A stretch of DNA of 64,000 bases, from the NCBI GenBank assembly GCA_028344675.1, contig JAOMBT010000003.1, positions 288 to 64,287 on the forward strand, read 5' to 3'. A program made the position numbers and the translations under genes. The notes below the pieces were generated by a model, which was not told where the DNA came from, searched no databases, and saw nothing but the letters and a program-made list of their open reading frames with translations. The stretch is from Acidimicrobiaceae bacterium (lineage in GTDB: Bacteria > Actinomycetota > Acidimicrobiia > Actinomarinales > Actinomarinaceae). Shown here piece after piece: positions 37,499-47,130 of the stretch; within the stretch, counting starts at the first letter, position 1, and each line of letters begins with the position of its first letter.

Positions 37499-39286
37499 TT
37501 AAAAGTTTTCAGCCTTAATATTGTATAAGTCTTCTTTTCCTGCAGTAACTGCAGAAGCATAACCTGATGCAAGTGGTAAAAGTTGCTCTATATAAAACTT
37601 TGATAATGTAATTTTTTCAGCATAGTATTCATCGCCAGTTTCTTCATATTTTTTTGTAGCTAATAAAGCAGCTTTGCCCATATAGTATCCACCTAATACC
37701 TGTCCAAACATTTTTATATAAGGAGAAGCACCAGCGCTTGCATCAACAAGTTCACCTTCTAACATTTTTGATCCCAGCCAAAGGGTTACATCAGAGAGCT
37801 TATCTACTTCTACTTTTAGTTTTTCTGACATTGAAGAAAGGACGTCACCTGCTTGACTCATTTCATCAATAACACTATTCACATCTCCTAGGAGTCTTTG
37901 CATAGCCTGCCCACTATCTAGAGGAAGTTTTCTAAATATTAAATCTAATGCTTGGATGCCGTTTGTACCTTCATATATTGGAGCAATCCGAGCATCTCGA
38001 AGGTATTGAGCAACTCCAGTTTCTTCTACATAACCCATTCCACCATAAACTTGAATAGCAATTGATGACAACTCAACACCAAGGTCGGAAATCCATGCTT
38101 TGGTTATGGGTGTTAAGATTCCACACCTCTCTTCACCAAACTCTTTAAGTTCACCTTCTCCAAAGTACTCCAAATCTAACATTAGTTGATTGTCATACAT
38201 TAGATACCTCATTGCATCAACATAAGCTTTAATAGTTAAAAGCATTCTTCTTACGTCAGCATGGTCCATAATTGTAGAGCTTTTGGCATCTTCTTTTGAC
38301 ATTCCAACAGGTCTTCCCTGTACTCTATCGCGGGCATACTGAGCCGCACCTTGAAGCGCCCCAGAGGCACACGCCAAGCCTTGTCCACCAACCCACACCC
38401 TTGCTTCGTTCATCATTGTAAACATATAGGTTAAGCCTCTATTTTCTTCTCCAACTAAGTAACCAACAGATCCGTCATACTCCATTACACAAGTTGGACT
38501 TGCATGAATACCTAGTTTTTCCTCAATTGAGATGCACGAAACATTGTTATTTTCACCCAGACTTCCATCGTCATTAATAATAAATTTTGGAACAATAAAC
38601 ATAGATATTCCTTTTGTTCCCTCTGGCGATCCTGGAACTTTTGCTAAAACAAGGTGTACTATATTTTCTGTCATATTATGTTCACCAAAAGTTATCCAAA
38701 CCTTTGTACCTGTGACTTTATAAGTACCATCTTCTTGTGGTTCTGCTTTTGTAGTTATTGTGCCTAAGTCAGATCCTGATTGAGGTTCACTTAGATTCAT
38801 AGTTCCAGTCCATTCTCCAGAAACTAATTTAGGTAAAAATTTATCTTTCTGTTCTTGGCTTCCATGAAAATTGATTGCAGAAATTGCTCCTGCACTAAGC
38901 CCTGGAGCTAATCCAAAAGCTAAGTTAGCAGTACTTAAGATTTCTAAAGTCCCCCCAGATAAGGTGATTGGCATCCCTCCACCACCAATATCTTCAGGTA
39001 GTGAGATTGATGCCCATCCAGCATCAGAAAATTTCTTATATGCATTTACAAATTCTTCTGGCATGGTAACTACACCATTGTCGATTGTAGCTCCTTGTTG
39101 ATCACCAATAGCATTGATTGGAGCTAGAACTTCTTCAGAAAACTTTGCACACTCTTCCATAGTTGGTACGACAATATCTGCAGAAAAATCACTAAAGGCA
39201 GCTATTTTATTTAAAACATTGTATGAGTCAATTACCTCGTAACCGAAAACTATATCTTTAACGGGAGCTTTATATGCAACAGCCAT
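37499..39286 (-). CDS. Long-type acyl-CoA dehydrogenase (FadE-like with C-terminal extension)
   Basis: 595 aa with ACAD N, middle and C domains (GSDLGTITTKA, YEGTNGIQALDL) plus a C-terminal extension domain. Confidence 0.85.
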   Translation of the reverse strand: MAVAYKAPVKDIVFGYEVIDSYNVLNKIAAFSDFSADIVVPTMEECAKFSEEVLAPINAIGDQQGATIDNGVVTMPEEFVNAYKKFSDAGWASISLPEDIGGGGMPITLSGGTLEILSTANLAFGLAPGLSAGAISAINFHGSQEQKDKFLPKLVSGEWTGTMNLSEPQSGSDLGTITTKAEPQEDGTYKVTGTKVWITFGEHNMTENIVHLVLAKVPGSPEGTKGISMFIVPKFIINDDGSLGENNNVSCISIEEKLGIHASPTCVMEYDGSVGYLVGEENRGLTYMFTMMNEARVWVGGQGLACASGALQGAAQYARDRVQGRPVGMSKEDAKSSTIMDHADVRRMLLTIKAYVDAMRYLMYDNQLMLDLEYFGEGELKEFGEERCGILTPITKAWISDLGVELSSIAIQVYGGMGYVEETGVAQYLRDARIAPIYEGTNGIQALDLIFRKLPLDSGQAMQRLLGDVNSVIDEMSQAGDVLSSMSEKLKVEVDKLSDVTLWLGSKMLEGELVDASAGASPYIKMFGQVLGGYYMGKAALLATKKYEETGDEYYAEKITLSKFYIEQLLPLASGYASAVTAGKEDLYNIKAENF

Positions 39287-39327
39287 AAATATTATCTTAG
39301 TCTAAATATTTAAAAACACTAAATTGA

Positions 39328-40179
39328 TTATCTTGGGTTGATCTCAACTAATTTACTTATTTCATCTATCATTTTTAAACTTGGTTTGTCATTAGTTCCA
39401 GCTACTATTGCACCAGCTGCGCATGCTTTTTTTACAGAATCAACAACATCATCGATTCCAAATGCAGAGATATAAGCTGCAGTAGCATCACCGGCACCTG
39501 TTGCATTAATTGTTTGGAAGTCAGGAGGAACAATTTCTAGTACACCATCTGTGCTCAGTAGTCTTGCAGGTAAGTTAGAAGAGGTAAGTAATATCCATTT
39601 TGCCATTCCCTTTTCGAGTATTTCATTTGCTTCTTTTACTTCAATTTCATTTTTGCTAACTACTAAAAAATCAATTTTATAATCAATTTCTTCCTCATAG
39701 CCAGCTTGAGTCAGAAAAATATCATTATTCTTTTTAACTTTTTTTAGTTCTTCCTTCACATATTTAATCGAATATCTATCAATTAATAACGAGTCATAGT
39801 CTTGAATTGTATTTAAGCTACTCCAATTACTCTCCTCATATCCTGAAGAGATAATAGTTCTTTCTCCACTTCCATCTATATAAATTGAACAAGTTGGAGT
39901 TATAGTATTGTCTTTAGTAACATCTTTATGAACTATTTTTAAATTATTAAGGTGTTTAATTAGATAAGTTCCCAACTCATCATTACCAATACTGTTTCCC
40001 CTTACTGCAGTATTAATATTCCACATTGCAATATTTTCAGCACAGTTTATTGCAGTTCCTCCAGGCCGAATAAAGTATTTTTTACTTTGTATATCTCCAC
40101 CTGGGCTTGGAAGTTTGTCTATAAAGTAAACCAAGTCAGGGTTTAAAGATCCAAAACAAAGCACATTTTTAAATGACAT
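39328..40179 (-). CDS. PfkB family carbohydrate kinase (ribokinase-like)
   Basis: 283 aa with the N-terminal GSLNPDLVY and the C-terminal NATGAGDATAAY motif of PfkB kinases. Confidence 0.75.
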   Translation of the reverse strand: MSFKNVLCFGSLNPDLVYFIDKLPSPGGDIQSKKYFIRPGGTAINCAENIAMWNINTAVRGNSIGNDELGTYLIKHLNNLKIVHKDVTKDNTITPTCSIYIDGSGERTIISSGYEESNWSSLNTIQDYDSLLIDRYSIKYVKEELKKVKKNNDIFLTQAGYEEEIDYKIDFLVVSKNEIEVKEANEILEKGMAKWILLTSSNLPARLLSTDGVLEIVPPDFQTINATGAGDATAAYISAFGIDDVVDSVKKACAAGAIVAGTNDKPSLKMIDEISKLVEINPR

Positions 40180-40203
40180 TATTTATATTTTTAACTAAAA
40201 ATC

Positions 40204-42195
40204 TTAGACTAAGCCACTAATTATTGCACCAGCTACAAGAATTGCAATATAACTAAATAAACCGCCAATAATTGCTCCAAACTTCATAGCTCTAGATATA
40301 TTGCTTGGACCTGCAAGATGATACATTAAAACTCCAAAAAATGGAACTAAGTATACAATTGCAAGCCATACATATTTCATCCCACCTTTAACTTTGTCAT
40401 TAGTATCAATATCTTTGATTGCTAAAGCTGCCCATGCTGCATACAGCACAAATGGCATTAGGTATCCATATAGTTGAAATAACAACTGCCACAAGGTTGG
40501 ACTTGAAATGGGTACTCCGCTCATAATTATCTCCTTTTCTGCTTTGTAGTAATTTTCAAAATCTTTTTCTAATAAATTAAAAGGAATTTCTATTTCCTCA
40601 GTATTTGGAACATAAAATAAGTTTATTGCAGGTGAAGGTGCTGATATATTCTGAAACTCCATAGTTATCTGTTCTTTTGGCCAAGGATATTCTTTATATA
40701 AATTTTTATCGAGATTTGCTGTTTGAGCATCAGCAAAAAATCCAGCAAGCATCATTAATCCTGAAGGATCTCCTTGTAAAGGAAGTCTTGCTAGTAAATT
40801 CGAGGAGTTTAAATTACTACAATTATGAAGTTGTTCGAGCATTGGAGGAGTACTTGTTTGATAAACATTTTCTTCAAAACAATTACCAGGACCCCACGGA
40901 CCAGCTAGTGCTAAATCTGTATATCCAGAATCAAGGACTACATTATTTTTAACATGTACATGCTGCGAAAAATATAAATTGGTATCAAGCATAGGACTTG
41001 CAACAATTCCATACCTATCGTGATTAATTACAAGATTTTTTTCAATTACATCTCCCACTCTTCCAGGAACAACAATTCCCATGCCTTTAGCCACAAGTCC
41101 GAATCTATTTGTAGGAGCTTCATAGTTATTATTATCTATTACTAAGTTACCAACAATAGTTGTTTCACGACCAGGGGGGTTTAACTCTGAGTCAAGAGTA
41201 TTGGGAACTATGCCTGACATATTATCTCTCCAAATATTACTAAAGAGATATAAATGACCTCCTGCGTTTGTTCCAGAATATCCTAATGCATTACCCTCAA
41301 CTACGTTATCAAAGATAAGAGTATTACATGGATAACATTGTCCAATATAAATACCACTGTCTGGATGTCCAGATGCATATACATTATCAAATACACCATC
41401 AGTTGAGTCAAATGCATATACTCCGTAATCTCCGTTGTTGTAAACAGTAAGATAAGAACCTCTAAATCCTTTAGAGCCATTCCAGTAGACTCCATTTAAA
41501 GAAAAGTTTCTAACAGATAAGTTCTCAACAGTAACTCCATCGGTATCATAAATTTGTATTCCATTTTCTCTCATAAACTCACCGTCAATAATTACATTAT
41601 TTCTATTGGTTCCCCTGATAGTAAGATATGAAGTTGTAATAGTCACACTTTCGTTATAAACCCCTTCATCAATTAGAATTAAATCACCTTCTATAGCTGA
41701 GTCAACTGCGTCTTGAATATTTGAAAAATTTTTAGTTTCGCCAACCTCTAGGACATTTTTACTTAGCTCTACAATTATTTTTTCTGGTTCTACTGTGTAC
41801 TCTGCATCACCAACAATAATTGTTCCAACCATTCCCTTGTTGTTAGTCCCGTGATAAGGACAATAATATTCATAAATACCAGGTTCATTAAAAGTGTGTT
41901 CGTATTGATCGCCCTTTGTAATTATTCCATAATCAAAATAATCAGATGAAATAGCTTGCCAAGATCCGTCACTTGCAATTACATTATGATTGTTAGCGCC
42001 ACCAGATTCCCAAATTACAGTTGTTCCAGGCTCGACTCTTAGTACTTTTGGAGAAAATTCATCATCAACAACTCTGATCATTTGTGGGTCAAGGCTAGCT
42101 GCACTTTCAGAACTGCATGCAAATAGTAGTAAAGAAGAAGATAGAAGTACTAATTTAAGTAACTTACCCATACTGATTATAAAGCTTGAATCCAA
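40204..42195 (-). CDS. Lipoprotein with an N-terminal cupredoxin (plastocyanin-like) domain, a central right-handed parallel beta-helix (NosD/pectate-lyase-like) region and a C-terminal PLDc_N-like membrane anchor
   Basis: 663 aa with lipobox LLFAC. Type-1 copper ligand pattern NHNV ... YYCPYHGTNNKGM. Repeated beta-helix-like segments (NNVIIDG, GVTVENLSVRNF, NNGDYGVYA, GNALGYS, NLVIDNN). The C-terminal WAALAIKDI...KYVWLAIVYLVPFFGVLMYHL resembles the PLD-nuclease N-terminal TM module. Confidence 0.6.
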   Translation of the reverse strand: MDSSFIISMGKLLKLVLLSSSLLLFACSSESAASLDPQMIRVVDDEFSPKVLRVEPGTTVIWESGGANNHNVIASDGSWQAISSDYFDYGIITKGDQYEHTFNEPGIYEYYCPYHGTNNKGMVGTIIVGDAEYTVEPEKIIVELSKNVLEVGETKNFSNIQDAVDSAIEGDLILIDEGVYNESVTITTSYLTIRGTNRNNVIIDGEFMRENGIQIYDTDGVTVENLSVRNFSLNGVYWNGSKGFRGSYLTVYNNGDYGVYAFDSTDGVFDNVYASGHPDSGIYIGQCYPCNTLIFDNVVEGNALGYSGTNAGGHLYLFSNIWRDNMSGIVPNTLDSELNPPGRETTIVGNLVIDNNNYEAPTNRFGLVAKGMGIVVPGRVGDVIEKNLVINHDRYGIVASPMLDTNLYFSQHVHVKNNVVLDSGYTDLALAGPWGPGNCFEENVYQTSTPPMLEQLHNCSNLNSSNLLARLPLQGDPSGLMMLAGFFADAQTANLDKNLYKEYPWPKEQITMEFQNISAPSPAINLFYVPNTEEIEIPFNLLEKDFENYYKAEKEIIMSGVPISSPTLWQLLFQLYGYLMPFVLYAAWAALAIKDIDTNDKVKGGMKYVWLAIVYLVPFFGVLMYHLAGPSNISRAMKFGAIIGGLFSYIAILVAGAIISGLV

Positions 42196-42204
42196 TCTTC
42201 AGGA

Positions 42205-43029
42205 TTATCGTCTACAAAAAAAGTCTGAAACTAGTGTAGCGTCTGGATCGATGGCATACTTATCAAAATCTGTAACCCCTTCTTCTTCAAGAACATCTTG
42301 GTCTAAAAAGAAATTTCCAGTACAGGTTGAAGACTCTCTTTTTAATACTGCATAAGCAGCATCTGCATATATTGAAGGTTTTCGTGAACCTTTAATTAAT
42401 TCAGATCCTATTACATTTCTAACAGCTGCTGTATCAAGTGAAGTTCTTGGCCATAAACAATTAGAAGCAATATTATATTTTTGTAATTCTTCAGCCAGTC
42501 CATGAGCAACAAGAGACATTCCGTACTTTGCCGTAGTGTAAGCCAGAGTTAACCCAAACCACTTTCTATCAATATCAATTGGTGGAGATAGAGTTAAGAT
42601 ATGAGGATTGTTACCTTCTTTGAGATGGGGGATACATTTTTGGCTTAACATAAAGGTACCTCTTACATTGATATTATGCATTAAATCGTATCTTTTCATA
42701 GGGGTATTAATTGTATCCGTTAAGTGAATAGCACTTGCATTATTAATACATATATCTATTCCACCAAACTTTTCTACAGCTTGAGTAACAGCACTTTCTA
42801 CTTGTTCTTCGAACCTAATGTCACAAACAACCGGTAAAGCAGTACCACCGACTTTCTCTATTTCTTCAGCAGCAGTAAAAATCGTACCTGGAAGTGTTGG
42901 ATGAGGCTCAGTTGTTTTAGCAAGTATAACAATATTGGCTCCATCTTTTCCTAATGCTTTTGCAATTTCAAGACCCACACCTCTTGACCCACCACTCATA
43001 ATTATCGTTTTGTTTTTAAAATTTGTCAT
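42205..43029 (-). CDS. Short-chain dehydrogenase/reductase (SDR; HSDL2-like)
   Basis: 274 aa with cofactor loop SGGSRGVG and catalytic Y-x3-K (YTTAKYG). Confidence 0.8.
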   Translation of the reverse strand: MTNFKNKTIIMSGGSRGVGLEIAKALGKDGANIVILAKTTEPHPTLPGTIFTAAEEIEKVGGTALPVVCDIRFEEQVESAVTQAVEKFGGIDICINNASAIHLTDTINTPMKRYDLMHNINVRGTFMLSQKCIPHLKEGNNPHILTLSPPIDIDRKWFGLTLAYTTAKYGMSLVAHGLAEELQKYNIASNCLWPRTSLDTAAVRNVIGSELIKGSRKPSIYADAAYAVLKRESSTCTGNFFLDQDVLEEEGVTDFDKYAIDPDATLVSDFFCRR

Positions 43030-43041
43030 AAATATATTCTA

Positions 43042-44301
43042 TTAAAACTGATCAGATTCTGTAGAGTCTTTTGTTGAAAGTAGTTCAGATTCTTCACCTA
43101 AAAGAACCTCACCTATAGTTTCGTAGTAATTACTACCAACTTCTTGCTGATGCTTTATAGCTGTGTACCCTTCTTCTGATAGTTGTATTTCTTTTTCTTG
43201 AAGACTTACGATTGCGCTCATATCTCCGCCTTTGTAATCTTTTGCTAGTTCATACATTGAGCTGGCTAACGAGTGAAAACCAGCAAGTGAAACAAATTGG
43301 AGTTTGTAACCGAGTTCGAATAGGTTTTTTTGAAACTCTTTTATATCATTTTCATTAAATTTACCAACCCAGTTAAAAGAGGGAGAACAGTTATAGGCTA
43401 GTATTTTGTTTGGAAACACGTTCCTAATTTCATCAGCAAATTCTTTAGCAAACCCTAGATCTGGCGTATTTGTTTCACACCAAATAACATCAGCATATTC
43501 GGCATACCTTATAGCTTTTCTTACTGCTAAGCCATGGTTATCTTTAATGGTAAAATAGCCATCACTAGTTCTTTTATTACTTAAAAACTCCCTATCATCA
43601 TCATCAAAATCAGAAGTGATTAAAGAAGCATGTAGTGCATCTGTTCTCGCTACTAGTACAATTGGACTTCCCAGCACATCTGATGCAAGCCGAGAAGAAT
43701 TTAATTTTTTTATGTACTCATGTGTAGGAATTACTACCTTACCTCCCATGTGGCCACATTTTTTTTCAGAAGCAAGTTGATCTTCAAAATGTAAACCAGA
43801 CACTCCAGCTTTAATAAATTGTGAAGTCAAATTAAAAACACTGTAAACACCACCAAACCCTGATTCAGCATCAGCAAGAACAGGAGGCAGAGCACCTTTT
43901 TTATGTTCAGAAATTTTCCTAACTAGAGTGTTGTTGATTTTATTAACAAAATTAGGCGTCGAGTTAGATGGGTATAGTGAAAGATCAGGATAAGTATTCT
44001 CACCATTATTACTTTCTGCAGCAACTTGCCAGCCACTTATATAGATAATTTCGTAATTAAGATTAAACATCTGAACTGCCTGCTGTGTTGTAGCTGCACC
44101 TAAGCCTGAAACCCAACAGTCATCTCTCTGAAGCAAGTTTATTAAAGACTTAGACCCTTCTTCTGAAATAGTATTTACAATGTGGAAGGGGCTCCTTAAT
44201 GAACTAATACCCTTAGCGTCGTAGTCTCTTTTAATATTTTCCCATCTTGGATTAGAAAGGTAAGATTCTATACTTTCTAAGCTATCAAAATTATTACTCA
44301 T
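43042..44301 (-). CDS. aceA: Isocitrate lyase
   Basis: 419 aa with the isocitrate lyase signature KKCGHMGGK. Confidence 0.92.
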   Translation of the reverse strand: MSNNFDSLESIESYLSNPRWENIKRDYDAKGISSLRSPFHIVNTISEEGSKSLINLLQRDDCWVSGLGAATTQQAVQMFNLNYEIIYISGWQVAAESNNGENTYPDLSLYPSNSTPNFVNKINNTLVRKISEHKKGALPPVLADAESGFGGVYSVFNLTSQFIKAGVSGLHFEDQLASEKKCGHMGGKVVIPTHEYIKKLNSSRLASDVLGSPIVLVARTDALHASLITSDFDDDDREFLSNKRTSDGYFTIKDNHGLAVRKAIRYAEYADVIWCETNTPDLGFAKEFADEIRNVFPNKILAYNCSPSFNWVGKFNENDIKEFQKNLFELGYKLQFVSLAGFHSLASSMYELAKDYKGGDMSAIVSLQEKEIQLSEEGYTAIKHQQEVGSNYYETIGEVLLGEESELLSTKDSTESDQF

Positions 44302-44304
44302 TTA

Positions 44305-45438
44305 TTAAAGTTGGCTTGCTGCAACGCTTGCAATAATAATAATTAGCGTCAATACTCCAGCAGAAGCGATAAGAACTTCACTTCTAGTTATTTTAATTTT
44401 TGGAGCAGAACTCATAACACTCGCAAATAGCAAAATAGCTGCCGAAATTATTAGTGCAAAAAGAGGAGCATATTCATGAAATCTGAGAAAAATTTGAGCA
44501 ATAGCTACTGCAATAATACCTCCAACCACTATAGATCCAAGGGGTATAACAATTGACCCCACGATCCTGCTGCGTATCTTATTTGCCTCAAGATCTTCAT
44601 ATCTATCTAGTCCCTTAGGAACTCCAAGAAGCATTGAAATTATAGATACTAAAGCTTGGATAATGGCTGAAAGAATAATTATTCTCCATATTGCTCCACT
44701 GACACTTATTAGGTTAACAACAGGGTCTTCTGGAAGAATTCCCTCAATTCTTTGACCAATGCTATTTATAATATAGAACGAAATAGTAGAACCAAAAACT
44801 AGACCCAGCCCTGCTCCTGTGTAAATAGACTCTCTGTCTGTAGTCAGAACCCCAAATCCTTCAAAATTTGAGTCAAGTATCTTTTTCAGATTTAGTGAGT
44901 TTAAAATACTAAAAAATGCTGTAGAAAGTGATACGATTGCTACAAATGATACTGGACTATATTCAGCAATTAAGTTCTGTGTTTCAGCTTCAAGAATGAG
45001 CCCATCATATAAGTAAGAACTTGCTAACAGGCCTTGAATAAAACCTACAACAACTCCAAAACCTACACCGTATCTTAGAGATTTAATTATTTTTTGACTT
45101 ATAGTCACAGGAGCAGCTATATCTTCTTGTATCACTGCAACTGAGGAAGCTTTCTCATGATTTATATTTTCTTCAAATACGGGTTCTTCAAGTTGCTCTT
45201 CTATAGTTTCACCAGCAGTATTAGCATTATCGGATACTTCATTTGCAGCTTCTTCCACTACAATGACTTTTTCTTTAGAAACAGGAAGAGGATCAATAGC
45301 CCCACCACCAGACCAACTATTTAATATATCTGCTGGAGATACTCCAGAGGATTCAGCTCTTGCTTGAACTGATCTAGATAAAAGTTCTAAGGGTATTCCA
45401 CTCGAGCTACTTAATTGTTGTAATTGTTTTTTATCCAT
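44305..45438 (-). CDS. Polytopic membrane protein with an acidic soluble N-terminal region, unknown function
   Basis: 377-aa ORF. About 110 aa are hydrophilic, followed by roughly 7 hydrophobic helices. No motif recognised. It is packed between ctaG and aceA with gaps of 21 and 3 nt. Confidence 0.45.
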   Translation of the reverse strand: MDKKQLQQLSSSSGIPLELLSRSVQARAESSGVSPADILNSWSGGGAIDPLPVSKEKVIVVEEAANEVSDNANTAGETIEEQLEEPVFEENINHEKASSVAVIQEDIAAPVTISQKIIKSLRYGVGFGVVVGFIQGLLASSYLYDGLILEAETQNLIAEYSPVSFVAIVSLSTAFFSILNSLNLKKILDSNFEGFGVLTTDRESIYTGAGLGLVFGSTISFYIINSIGQRIEGILPEDPVVNLISVSGAIWRIIILSAIIQALVSIISMLLGVPKGLDRYEDLEANKIRSRIVGSIVIPLGSIVVGGIIAVAIAQIFLRFHEYAPLFALIISAAILLFASVMSSAPKIKITRSEVLIASAGVLTLIIIIASVAASQL

Positions 45439-45459
45439 TTTTTAAAAATCTATATAAGT

Positions 45460-46239
45460 CTAGTCAGATGTGTTATTTCTAACTACATCGTCAAATGTTT
45501 TTTCATCCTGATACCACTTCATCCAAATTATTAAAATAGAAATCCATAAAATAATTCCGCCACCAAGCTTTAATATCAATCCAGCTAGTGTTTGATCATT
45601 TATAACAGAAATATTAAAAATATTATCATTATTCAAGTAAGCCGTATATAAAGGTTCTGTTCCAAAAGCAAGAAAACTTGCAGGGATTGTTGGCAAGAGG
45701 GACTGGAGAAAGAGGTAACCTATTCTTGCAGCTGAATTTATTGGTTTTATTTCTTCATTAAATCCAATTACAGGAACCCACATATTTATAGAAACAAGAA
45801 GCATGATTGAATGTATAAAGAAATGAAAAATAGTATTTGTTACCATTAAATTTACAACGGAAGACCAATGCATTCCTACCATAACAAAATTAAATAAGAA
45901 AAATGCAACAACAGGCTTTGAAGTAATTTTTAAAACGAAAATGAAAGGTTTTATTGCTATTATTTTTTTCATTTCTTTATGCATTCCAAGCAATAGAAGA
46001 GGTGGAGAAACTAAGGCTAAAACAAGATGCTCGACTGAGTGGACAGAGAATAGATATTTTTCTCCGATATCGTGTAATGGATAATCAGTAAAAACCCAAA
46101 GAATAATTATTCCTGAGTACCACAATTTTCTCTTTTCACTTTTAGTAGATTTATTTTTTGTAGAAAATTCAAAAAATATTATAAGTGAGAAAATTAATGC
46201 CCATACATCGTAGTGTGGGTGCCATGGTAAGTTTTGCAT
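45460..46239 (-). CDS. ctaG: Cytochrome c oxidase assembly factor CtaG (caa3-type)
   Basis: 259-aa polytopic protein immediately downstream of the oxidase structural genes. Its His-rich helices (HSVEHLV, HWSS, HFFIHS) resemble the Bacillus-type CtaG family. Confidence 0.65.
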   Translation of the reverse strand: MQNLPWHPHYDVWALIFSLIIFFEFSTKNKSTKSEKRKLWYSGIIILWVFTDYPLHDIGEKYLFSVHSVEHLVLALVSPPLLLLGMHKEMKKIIAIKPFIFVLKITSKPVVAFFLFNFVMVGMHWSSVVNLMVTNTIFHFFIHSIMLLVSINMWVPVIGFNEEIKPINSAARIGYLFLQSLLPTIPASFLAFGTEPLYTAYLNNDNIFNISVINDQTLAGLILKLGGGIILWISILIIWMKWYQDEKTFDDVVRNNTSD

Positions 46240-46244
46240 TTATT

Positions 46245-46544
46245 CTATAAAAAATTCGCTGATGCTCGTTCAAACATAACAATGGCAAATAAGATTAATG
46301 CAAGTATCATCCCACCGGTAAAGAATCTATTAATAAGTTTATTTTCAAAACGTAAGTGCATAAACCAACCAACAACAATTACGAACTTACCAACAGCTAA
46401 AATTATTAATAAAGGATCTGTAAACACACCAACAATATCTTCTGTGTAGTAGAGGGCAATTTCGATGGCTGTAAGCACACCAAGAACAATAGCTATTTGG
46501 ACATATTTTTTCGGTGATGGGTGTTCTATGTGGTTCTCAGACAT
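46245..46544 (-). CDS. ctaF: Cytochrome c oxidase subunit IV (small prokaryotic type)
   Basis: 99 aa with three TM helices. The N-terminal HPSPKKYVQIAIVLGVLTAIE is typical of the prokaryotic subunit IV family. It follows ctaE. Confidence 0.7.
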   Translation of the reverse strand: MSENHIEHPSPKKYVQIAIVLGVLTAIEIALYYTEDIVGVFTDPLLIILAVGKFVIVVGWFMHLRFENKLINRFFTGGMILALILFAIVMFERASANFL

Positions 46545-46545
46545 A

Positions 46546-47130
46546 CTAAATTAAATAAACAACTGTAAACAACACTATCCACACTATATCTACAAAGTGC
46601 CAGTATAGAGCAACAAACTCTAGGTTCATTCCACCTTCTAGAGTCAAACCTTTTTGTCTTTGTCCAATACTCCATAAAGCTAAGAGAAGTACAACACCTA
46701 TGAAAACGTGTAGTCCATGAAAACCTGTTAAAACATAAAAAGTAGAACTAAAAATGTTAGTGCCTAATTCAAAGCCCTTATGATAAAACTCAGTAAATTC
46801 ATATATTTGACCAGCTAAAAAAACAGCTCCAAGCATTGCTGTTGCTAGTAGCCAAACTCTTGTTTTTTCCTGATCATTTGCTTCAAGGGCATTATGAGCA
46901 AGCACCATTGTTAAAGAACTCATCAGTAAGATAAAAGAGCTAATTGATGTAAAAGGAATGTCATAAACATCCGTCAGTTTCATTCCAGGAAAATCTCTTC
47001 CTTTAAATATCATAAATGTTGTAATAAGTGTTCCAAAAAATAAAATTTCAGTGGATAAAAACACCCACATGCCAAGTTTTCTAGTCTCTACACCGGTTGG
47101 TTCGTGAGGATATGTGTGAGAACTACTCAT
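46546..47130 (-). CDS. ctaE: Cytochrome c oxidase subunit III
   Basis: 194 aa with the subunit III pattern (FFGTLI..., YVLTGFHGLHVFIGV, YWHFVDIVWI). Confidence 0.9.
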   Translation of the reverse strand: MSSSHTYPHEPTGVETRKLGMWVFLSTEILFFGTLITTFMIFKGRDFPGMKLTDVYDIPFTSISSFILLMSSLTMVLAHNALEANDQEKTRVWLLATAMLGAVFLAGQIYEFTEFYHKGFELGTNIFSSTFYVLTGFHGLHVFIGVVLLLALWSIGQRQKGLTLEGGMNLEFVALYWHFVDIVWIVLFTVVYLI

